Origin: Botryllus schlosseri
Lineage: Eukaryota
DNA: 64,000 bases
Assembly (NCBI GenBank): GCA_051294905.1
Contig: CM119381.1
Span: 15,252,001-15,316,000, forward strand
Reading direction: 5' to 3'
Both the position numbers and the translations under genes were made by a program. The notes beneath the pieces are model-generated. The model was not told the origin of the DNA. It ran no database searches and saw only the letters and a list, made by a program, of their open reading frames with translations. Shown here piece after piece: positions 42,762-52,906 of the stretch; position 1 is the stretch's first letter; each line of letters begins with the position of its first letter.

Positions 42762-43595
42762 CAGGGGTGTCAAACTCAAATTGCGTCGCGGGCCGGATTC
42801 AAGCCTTCAAATCACTGGCGGTCCGGACCAGTCAACTGATTCCAAAATATTACCTCGTGCTCTTGCTTTCCACTTGAATACCATAAAAGCAAAAATAGAT
42901 GACACACGGACCATAGCGTTTTTAAAGGAGCAAGTCGCAACACCTTTATTCGCGAACAACGGAATTGGCAAAAATACTATGATTGTCCGGTTGAATACAG
43001 TTAAAAACAGCTCAAACAGTGGCGTTAAAGACGATCTAATTTGGCGTAATCTGGCGTTAACCTGCATATGCGTTGTGACGATACAATATTTTAAATTGGA
43101 AAGGCGGACGTTCGAATTTGGTTTATTATTATTAACCGCGAGTCCGGTTTCTCCCATGTCTAGGGATCTATTGGGTCGAAAGTGACACAGCAATGCGACC
43201 ATAGATATTTCAATTATATATTTGCGCAACCAATACATATTTCTGAGTAAACTGCATATCACGGTCCCGCACTGGTGTTTTCGCTTCTGTGAATAACTAC
43301 TTTTTGGTCCATATTTGTAAAAACTCTGAACTTAGTGTGCACTTTCGTCCTTCTTGAAATTGGATATAAATTTCACCGACTTGATACTAGTGGTAACTTG
43401 AGTGGAACCACGGCACCGTAGTCGTGGGGTTATAATGGTGCCTATGAACATGGAAGTATTTCCTGCAAAAAATCGCAAAAAATCTCAATATTTGTAACAA
43501 ATATGCTGGATAATATAAAAAAATTTCAAATCTACTCAGAATTGCTTCGCGGGCCGGATGAAATCGTCTGGCGGGCCGTATGTTTGACACCCCTG
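42762..43595. mobile_element. Non-autonomous hAT (Charlie-like) element
   Basis: CAGGGGTGTCAAAC...GTTTGACACCCCTG TIRs, GCGGGCCG subterminal motifs, perfect 8-bp TSD TTATAGAT. Confidence 0.92.
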
Positions 43596-44276
43596 TTATA
43601 GATATATAGAACAAAACAAATTTCTCGGTAAATACCCGATTGAATATGAGTCGATCGGTTAAGGTTCTACTAAATCGGCCCGCATCACTGACTCACCGTG
43701 CGGTTATCGAACGCGTCGGCGCAGGTGCGAATATTTGCGACTACGCGCAGAAATGCGTCCCGATACACGGGATTGAGGCAGATTATCGTCGAAACGCTAA
43801 GCAACCGAGAATGGCCGGACGGTTTTTAGCTTGAAACAAGCGGCTTATCTGCTGTAAATGCTGCGCAGAATGCGCATCACGATTCCGTTATTGCACGCGT
43901 TTACCAGTATCGAGACGAGACCGCTGTTATTGAGTTTCGGGTTGTAAAATGTGAAACAGAGGCATGCGACGTCGCGATGAGTACTGTGTTGTGAGGTTAA
44001 CCGTGATAGATTGTATCATAGTAGATTGTTTTGCATATAATCGACTACTTTGCAAAATTACCATTACCAAAGTTCTCTCTGACAAAAGAGCGTGTCATAA
44101 ACAGTGATAAACTGAACAAAGAATACTCCGGCGTATCAAGTTATTGACGTTAGAAACGTCGGATTTGTGAACCTCCATGCTCCAACTCATTCATTATTAG
44201 ATCAGAAGTATTAGCACCGCTCGACACTCGCAAGTCGCAATGTCCGCATTATGTGGAGTGTACGATTACGTGTGAT

Positions 44277-44688
44277 TGGGTTGCATTTGAAACAAACATG
44301 TTTAAAACAAAGGCCCTTGTTTAAAACATTTTTTAAGGCCATGACGTCACGAATATTTGATTGTAACGTCATAGTGGATTGACATTGACAATTGAAAATA
44401 TAGGGTAGACATAGCTCCTTTGACGAAACATCTACCTACTATAGCTGTTGATCCGACTATTTTGAGGGTTCCGACGATCCCATATCGTATGCGTCGGCTA
44501 TATCGGTTGGAAAATGTCCGTAAGTTCATACATACAACATGTTTTTAGAACGTATTTACACAATTATGGCATAATTTTACAACTTAAAAATAAACAATTT
44601 TTTTCAAAAGGCTTTTGTTTAAAACAGCCTTTAAAACACATTTCAAACAAAGTGTTCTAGACAACCATTTGTTTTAAATGCAACCCTA
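44277..44688 (-). mobile_element. hAT-type MITE, family A
   Basis: Reverse-complement copy with both termini; TSD degenerate. Confidence 0.8.
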
Positions 44689-45364
44689 CGTATAACACGT
44701 TACCAGAAGTGGTCAGTAACGTTGGTCAGTAACGAAGTACTTCTACTTTTTCGTAGTACTCCAGTACATTTCAACTACTTAACGCTACTTACCTACGTGG
44801 TCATGTTTTTAAACTTCTACTTTTTCTTGGTCAATTTGTTAACCCAAATTACGTTATTATTCAAATGGTCCTAAAACGCCTACAAAACGGTACACTTGTA
44901 CTATTAATCGAGTATAAATTCACGGCGTTCTTTCTACTTCTGCGTGAATAGTGCCGATGATTACTTTGCCACTTCTGACCAGGAGAATTATTCGTTATGA
45001 CAGAATTTCGTGCTCACTTTCTGTTATTCTGCTAGGATCCTACTTGGAGCGGGCAGTAATCGTTATTTCGTCATTCCTTTCTCAAAATTTTGATCTGCTG
45101 TCAATCACGCGCTTGTATCATGTTATAGTATGTGTTGTAGCTGGAACGAAAATTTGTAGGGGCCACAAATCGTCGGCGATAACGTTATCCAACCTACATA
45201 GTATGACGTCTCCAAATTTCATTCTCTTATGCAGTCTCATCTCAAACATTATAATATTATTGTATTCGAAGATGTGTTTGATGCTCTCAGGCTCAAGGAA
45301 GAAAAATGATTGTAATCGTGAATACATTTCCGTGAAATCGTGTTCGTCCACCGCGCGATTTTGC

Positions 45365-45595
45365 TGTAAGTAATCGTAATCGCGAGTTTCAATCGTCATT
45401 CTAATCGCAATCGATTACATTGGTGCAGTAATCGCCGCGTGTCTGGCTGTGACTTGTGTGACAAGGCAATGTTATGGCTCGTGTGGTGACACGGGCCGTC
45501 ATTTTGCGCAACCGCGTCAACAAACAGCCGAGGTGATATTGATCGCCCGTTACTAACCATTTGTTTCTGCGCTGTCTAACTAATCGGATTAAATC
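45365..45595. promoter_or_regulatory. Candidate intronic enhancer, TAATC/GATTA cluster
   Basis: Seven TAATC/GATTA pentamers (45371, 45377, 45402, 45413, 45429, 45581, 45587) in non-repetitive, CpG-rich sequence. Confidence 0.35.
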
Positions 45596-46792
45596 GCATT
45601 TCGGTTGCCCGCTGATTGTAGTCAACTTTTGCGGGGTGTATGAACGCGGCGCACGCTTTTACGCGATATATATATTTATCTAGTCCGCGTCGCTTACGGG
45701 GGTTGCGAATAATGACCACACATGCGCGGCATTGTCCTGTGACGGATATCGGAGGGGAAATAATTGTTGTTCGCGGAGTTGGGTGTGTCACGGGTGATTG
45801 GATGGCAATAATAGTTGTGTTCTTATGTGTTCTATCGCCCGCTCCCCGCTTTTTGAATAACCTCAGATCCACGGTAGCTCAGGAATCGGGAATCCGGCTT
45901 AAGGTGTCTACAGCGTGACGAAAAGCAATTTTCTAAAACGGACGGGATTATCCGAATTCCTAGGCGATCTGTGACGCGGGGTACGGTGGTAACGGTAGCG
46001 TGAAAACAAACCGATATAGGAGGACTTTAAAAAAAATATCTGCCCAGGGCCTACTATATTCATAGTATAGTAGGCCCTGATCTGCCCTTACTGTACAGAT
46101 TATGCCTCGTCGCTCGTGTCGTATCCAGTTGAATTATGCGGCGCTAATGCGGGAATCGAGCTAATCTTATAATATGTTGTAATGTTGTCGTGGATTATGC
46201 CGTTTACCACATGATACAGTTCGTTTTATAAGTGTGTAACCATTGACCAACTAAGGATGAGTACGAACATGAAATACATGCATGAAAAGGTGATCAGAGT
46301 AGCTATCGTTTGTACTCTAGTAGAAGTAACGTCCTGAATTTCTACTATAGTGCGAGTAGAAGTAGCTCTTTCCAAGTAAGTTATAAAGTAAGTATTCTAG
46401 GCCTAGTTGTGCCTGAGAAACTGAAAACTGTTATGTAGAAGTGGGAATTAGTCTGAAATCATAAGTAGTTCAGCACAACCCACTTGAGTACAATGAAAAA
46501 AGTACTGCGTTACTGGCCACGTCTGCGTGCATAAATATACATGACCAGACAGACTCTTCTGTGCTGGCCGTTGTTGGCCAGGTGCTTGTACAATGTACAC
46601 TAGCTTGTTTGTGTTATCTGACTGGATGCGGTATTGGTGCGAAGTATGATGCAATATTTATTTCCATCTGTTTTTTTTTAAATTTTACAATGGCCTGCTA
46701 TGATCATTTGATCTCGGAAGTTTTTCATATTGTCGTTTCCGGCGTAGCATTTGTGCTTTGATTTTATCCCCAATCCGTTTCTGGATTCAGTT

Positions 46793-47072
46793 TGTTTGTT
46801 TGTTTTGGGGTATTCATGGTGTTTGGCGACTACTATGGTCATTTACACCAGGCCGATATTCTTGTTATTTTCCGTAACTGCCGACTTATAGCACGGCCCA
46901 CCTCTAGGCTTTTTGTAAGACACCGCTGACGCGGATGAAGTGGCGAGGAGGAGCCTAGGTAAACCTCCAACACTTAGATATCGGAATTCGGAAGTCGACC
47001 TCGGTCGGACTCGAACCCACACCCATTGGTGTTGCAGCCGCGGATTATACCACTGCGCTATCTCGCCACCTG
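46793..47072 (-). mobile_element. tRNA-derived SINE, full length
   Basis: Reverse complement of the 12909 family; (AAAC)n tail; 13-bp TSD TCTGGATTCAGTT at 46780 and 47073. Confidence 0.92.
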
Positions 47073-47292
47073 TCTGGATTCAGTTGAATTTAAGATATAT
47101 AAATCCTGTTTACTGCAAGCTATCCTCGTGACATCGCCACAAATGCCGCGCGTTCTTGAGTTTCGTTTGCCTTTACAGACACCGTTCAATTTTTCAACCC
47201 TGTTACATGAAAAGACAGGCAAACGGACTAGCTTGGTTAGAGAATTCGCTAGTCGCCTGCCGCGAGCCAAATTTCATTCTCTTCTTTTGCAG

Positions 47293-47461
47293 TCGTTTTT
47301 CGGGCAAGATTTATCAAGCGTCACCGGCCCGGAGCAAGCCACGGGCGGATCGACCACCGGCAACTCGGCCACCTCTTCCTCAATCAATCACCACCACCCG
47401 TCTCAATCGCAAAGCGTTCATTCGATGAATAACCTCAATTCTGAAACGGCGAGTCCAACAG
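47293..47461 (+). CDS. Meis: Meis coding exon 7 (Ser/Gly/His-rich linker)
   Basis: cttcttttgcag acceptor; SFFGQDLSS...GGSTTGNSATSSSINHHHPSQSQSVHSMNNLNSETASPT; CAG|gttggc donor gives the phase 1 that exon 8 requires. The 3' boundary is less certain. Confidence 0.8.
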
Positions 47462-50400
47462 GTTGGCAGGGTTTCGATTTTCTTTGAAATGTAGATCTAT
47501 AAAAGCGTGAATGCGGTCCTGGATTTCGTTTGCTTTGAATGGGAAATATTGTTTCTGGAATGGTACGACTGCTATGTGATATAAACCCGGCCCAATCGCG
47601 AATCCAGGAAAACGGAAGGGGGGTAAAATTGCTGCAAGGATGTGACCTTTGGTTTCCTGCATGCAGAGGTGGTCAGTAACGAAATACTTTTACTTTTTCG
47701 GCTATTTGCAGTATTCACTCACACATATTTAGGCTTAATACTTTTATTTTGAAATGTGGAAGGTAGTTTTGTGATTAGAGTTTCTCGTCCCTTTCAGCCA
47801 CGGCTGGATCCTTATGACGATAACGGATGGTTCAGGGACTTCGGAATTGCTCTGAAATATCCGTATACTTGTCGATATAAGTTCATACTGGATATAGGAA
47901 GTTGAGATTACGGATCTGCTCCGGATATCCAAGAGATTACTACGGCTTCATTTAAGAATCCTAGTAAAAGTAACAAAATGTGAGAGATTTCGTAGTGGGA
48001 TACCTTATTGCACAAGATAGTATCTTTCCAATTCGGCTTTACTATGAATATCATAGAAATCTTCTCTAAACTCGTTAACATAGGTGGAGTCGAACCGAAT
48101 CGAACTCAGCTCGAACCCGCAGATTATTGTTAAGGTCTGATGCGAGTCCGGTAACTGGTACAGATTTTCTATAGTTGATCAACCCGGGTTCATGAGGCTC
48201 GATTCGCCCCGAAATAATCCACATAGGCTAGTCGAATCCCGAAAAGTCAGACTCGACTTTCCCCTCTGCCTTTATCTGTAGTATCAGAAGCAGGTATATC
48301 TTGTCACCACACGCATCTATGGAAGTAAATCTTGTAGAATGTTTGTCGTTGAATAGAGGCGAAGTTTGTGGTGATTGGCTTTATCTCAAATCGCAAGCGT
48401 AGCTTACGGTCGTCTTGTCATGTTTTCGAGTTGGTCTCGGCGTGCTAACTGCCAGCAGGACTCATTCTGCTCCGAGACTATATAGTTATCTTATGAAGAT
48501 TTGCATTCAAATATTATAATTTCAAGTCACCTACTTAAGGAATTGTGAAGTTACCATGACCTTGGTTTTCTGCATACCTACGACGGAATCAGAATTAGGT
48601 TTGGACAATTGGCTCCAATCGGTGTTCTACCCTTGGTTACCTATCGCTATCGCACCTTTCTGAATCAATGGCATTCGTGCCTTATCTGTATTATGACGCG
48701 CGGTGCCGTGTGGCTCAAGTTGTATGATATTTGTTCGGGTCGATATTCGCCGATAAGGGCATCACTTTTTCAACGTCGATTACGCCGGCATTTGGAACAG
48801 ATGTCGTGAATTTTGATCCTGACGCCGATATAATTCATCCGACCACGAAAGTGTATAAAATTGCTCCACTATCGGCCTGTGGTTGGAGGCAGCATGCTCC
48901 GTGAGCCAGTCTATCATCGTTACTTGTACTTATTGTGGATTCGTGACTTTTTCAAGCGCAGGAGGCGATTGTCATTCTATTCATATCCACCAGTTTGCTA
49001 ATATAGATGATCGACTGTGTATGTGTGTCTACTGTCTATTTGTCTTGTGTATTTGCTGCAGGCGGTGATATCGGGCAGTATACGAATTATTCCCGGACGC
49101 ATATCTTACTCCCACGCGATAGGAAAGGGGTGTGGTGTGATAGAATGTCTGGGCACGTTATATAACACCGGCCAATTCGATTGATTTTGGGAGCTGTCCA
49201 AGTCGGCATACGCGACAATGTCATCGAAATGTTACGCGTGACGAGTCGCTTTACAAATAGCGAAATCGAGCCGTAAGTGGTTCGATTCAGTTCCGAATAT
49301 TATGCTTCGAGTCAATTCGAGTACCACTAATCCCATACTGGAAGACAGACTAGACCTGTCCAAATATGTACTATTTCTGTGAGCACGAAATAAATTATGA
49401 CAATTCTATATCATAACGACAATTCTCGTTCGAAAAGTAATAATAAGTTGCGTATAATTTCGGTACTCCAAAACACCGGTTCTAGTTATTCGACATGAAT
49501 CATAGAAATGGATACTAGATTCGGATTCGAACTCAGCCCTATTTATTAACTACTATAAAGCCCGGCGACGCAAGGCATTCAAGGCAGTCATCTTGTGGCT
49601 TTGCCCCTGCACTGCATCGGTAATTATTATCCTTCCGTATTTACGGGGCATAAATCATCAGCGGCGATTCGTGATCGCTGGTCCGTCAATATTTGTCGAT
49701 GGCACACTAGGTAAAGCGCCGCACTGCGTCGCGACCCGGCCTCGCCTTTGATATAGCGTTCGCTGGAGTTTAGCGGCGGGTGTAAAGTCGCTTGATTTAA
49801 TTGCGGTCGCAAACAGCCCGGCGCGGCGATAAATACCGTCCGTACAACGTGATTGTAAGTCATTGATCTTGCTGGTAGCCGCCGTAAATTCAAATTGTCT
49901 TGCGGTATTTGATGGCGTTTCGCAGATCTCATTAAAGCCATCGAAATGTCATTACGTGGGTGCATCGGGTGAATAACGATGGTCACGTGCCTAGGTTTTC
50001 CATGCACAAAGTACACATGTTTCTTTGGTTGTTGTTCGTTTGAGAGGAAGAAATGTATGATTGTGTAATTAATATAGCTATACTTGGATGGATTATTTAG
50101 TTGTATTAAGTGTGAGATGAATTATTGTTAACCGTATCGAAATAAATAATACTGACCATCAAAACACAACTGATTAGAACTGAAGAGAGACGGTCCAGTT
50201 TAACACCAAGACCGCCAAAGTGCATTAATGTAGCGGTCGAACTCCACTGCTGCAGTGAAATGGAGATTCGAGGATTTCGCTGGCCGTTGTGTACAGTCGA
50301 CAAACTTGAGATCGGCACTTTAGTTCGATAATCATGAAGAGAATACGTAATTCCCATATACACAAGCGCCAGGCGTTTCCGCACGGCGCTGGACCTGCTC

Positions 50401-50621
50401 TGGCCGCATCTCCTGGGTATTTTGAAATCGATAGAGCATAAATATTTTATTTTCCGCCGTCTCACCGTACGGCAGTTTTGAATATGATTTCCTCCGCCGT
50501 GCGTACGCGGGGAATAAAGTTTTGCGGTCGAAAAAAACTCCTTTACGGTCGTGCATGAGTGATCATTTGTCATTATCGAGAATCGACACGGCGGTACGTC
50601 GCCGCTTTCCAGATTGAAAAC

Positions 50622-51100
50622 GGGTGCCTTTATTTTGTACATGCAAGCTAATGAAAAGCTAATGCAGCTAATTAAGCTAAGGAAAAGCTAATTAAGCTAA
50701 TGAAAGGCTAATTAAGCTAATGAAAAGCTAAGTAAGCTAATGAAAAGCTAATGAAAAGCTAATTAAGCTAATGAAAAAGTAAGCTAATGAAAAGTAAGCT
50801 AATGAAAAGCTAATGAAGCTAATTAAGCTAATGAAAAGCTAAGTAAGCTAATGAAAAGCTAATGAAAAGCTAATTAAGCTAATGAAAAAGTAAGCTAATG
50901 AAAAGTAAGCTAATGAAAAGCTAATGAAGCTAATTAAGCTAATGAAAAGCTAATGAAAAGCTAATGAAAAGCTAAGTAAGCTAATGAAAAGCTAATGAAA
51001 AGCTAATTAAGCTAATGAAAAAGTAAGCTAATGAAAAGTAAGCTAACGAAAAGCTAATGAAACCAGCTAATGTAAAAATGAAGCCAATGAAGCAAGGAAG
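50622..51100 (+). repeat. Left TIR of MULE, tandem array of AAGCTAAT(GAA/T) units
   Basis: 9-11-bp units read directly; the first ~220 bp are the exact reverse complement of the right end. Inner boundary approximate. Confidence 0.95.
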
Positions 51101-51278
51101 TAAGTCCAGATTAGTATTTTGCTCATATGATTCTGGATGTATCAAATCCGAAATTTTAAATCCAAGTTTAGAATCTGGATATTCGATTCTCAATAGGGAT
51201 TTTTGAATTATGATTGCAATAGTGCCAATTCAGACCTAACTGCACCCTGCAAACCGGAAGATTTGACGGCACCGACAG

Positions 51279-51542
51279 GTTTGTTTTGGGGTGTTCATGG
51301 TGTGTCTCGACTACTATGGTCATGGTCATGGTCATTTACACCAGGCAATTTTCTACATTTTTATTCCGTAGCGGCCGACTTGTACAACGGCCCACATTCT
51401 TGGCTTTTATAAGACACCGCTTACACGGATGAGATGGCACCTAGGTCCTAGGTAGGAATTCTGGAGCCGACCTCTGTCGGACTCGAACCCACAACCCATT
51501 GGTGTTGCAGCTGTGGATTATACCACTACGTTATCTCGCCAC
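51279..51542 (-). mobile_element. SINE copy inside the MULE
   Basis: Same head (GTGGCGAGATA...GGGTTCGAGTCC in reverse complement) and 3' end as the other copies; internal deletion; no clear TSD. Confidence 0.88.
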
Positions 51543-52329
51543 TACATACAGCGGTGATCTCTGACGAAGTTTTTCTGCCTACTCGGTGCTAAAGTGCCAG
51601 CATGCCTAACATGATAATGTGGCCGGTTATGTTTGCAAACTGAATTTGATAGCGTGAACGAACATGAACATTGAACATCAACGACGTTTCAAAGGGAGTT
51701 CATTTCTTGATGGTAATTAGTTAGGAAGGCAAGGAGGATTTGAAAACAGCATTGTCTCACAAGCTCCAGCATGCCTGCTATCAATCAACGCATCATACAA
51801 AACTGGATTAACCCGTTTCGGAACGCGATATGTCTGGTAAACCGAATTCGCGAGGATATTGGTTGCGGGCTTGACAGTAATTTTTATTTTACAAATAAAC
51901 TTCACATCATGATCGACAGATTATAATTTAGATTATTGATCGTTTTCTTTAGAACTGAATCATTCTGCGCATAATTTCAAAATTGGGAAGACTTCTTTTT
52001 CGTTACCTTTGCGAAACCTAAATGACGTACTAGTGAGACATCGGCACCATTGTCATCCTGATAATGAGCAATGAGTAAACTAAAGTTGAAAACGTCCGGA
52101 TATGTACTACTTTGTAATTGCATATATTTGCTGCGCTGAATTGGGATATTCACGTATCATTTCTGCTTTATAATATTTCACAGGGAGGGGCAAGGTATAG
52201 CCTATCGACTAGCGAGTCGTAACGCATTCACGCTCGTGATCTTTTATTATAATATCCGACAAGAATAATGCTTAACTAGCGCGGAATATACTTGACTAGT
52301 TCCGCTTTAGTTCGCTTGAATATAGCCTA

Positions 52330-52585
52330 TTCACAGCTCCGCAGCTGCAAAACGAATTGGTTGGGGGTTCGAATCAGGCCCAAGTCGGTTCCAGTATTCC
52401 TACCCAAGTGTTTCTGGTTTAGGGTGTGGGCTTGTACTGCTCGTACGATCCGCGTAGACGGTGTCTTGCAAAGGCCCCGACCCATAATAGTCGGTGGATC
52501 AGGAACCGTAATAACGAATACCAGCCTGGTGTAAAATGACCAATGACCATCCTATAGTTGTAGAAACACCATTAATACCAACCTA
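52330..52585 (+). mobile_element. Diverged SINE-family copy inside the MULE, upstream of the ORF
   Basis: GCTGCAA...GGTTCGAATC...TTCCTACCCAAGTGTT...CGGTGTCTT...GCCTGGTGTAAAATGACC...AAACACCAT blocks are collinear with the 12909 copy. Boundaries approximate. Confidence 0.75.
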
Positions 52586-52906
52586 CTACGTTAGTGTGAC
52601 CACTGATAAGTGTGACTAACTGTCTCTAACATTAATTTTGTAATTCACATATCGATACATTTGTACGTGTACTTGAGGTAGAGTTGCAACGTCACCACGT
52701 CACCACAGAGTTAACATGTGTTTATCAAAGAACCTGATTGTGACGTCCCCTCGCTTCAGAAATTGTGCAAAATTTGCAACTTTCCCCGCGCGGCAGCGCT
52801 CGTAGCAATCCCATTGGGGTCATCATTTGAGGTAGCGAAGGACAGTGGAAAGGATAGCAATTCTCATTGTTTTTTCCGCAACAACGTTGCGTTTTCGTCT
52901 TGGATT

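Noticed and set aside
42781-43262. 134-aa and 151-aa ORFs inside the hAT element as transposase remnants
   Set aside because: No BED finger, DDE or dimerisation motifs are recognisable in the frames read.
47449-47454. GC-AG donor (ACG|GCGAGT) for Meis exon 7
   Set aside because: It gives phase 0, whereas exon 8 needs phase 1. The GT donor at 47462 restores the frame.
50640-51070. AAGCTAAT arrays as a CRISPR array or stand-alone satellite
   Set aside because: No unique spacers, eukaryotic context, and the array has an inverted partner that bounds a TSD-flanked transposon.
52718-52906. GTG-initiated N-terminal extension of the transposase ORF
   Set aside because: GTG starts are unlikely in a metazoan, and the first ATG (52907) lies four codons before the PHD finger.
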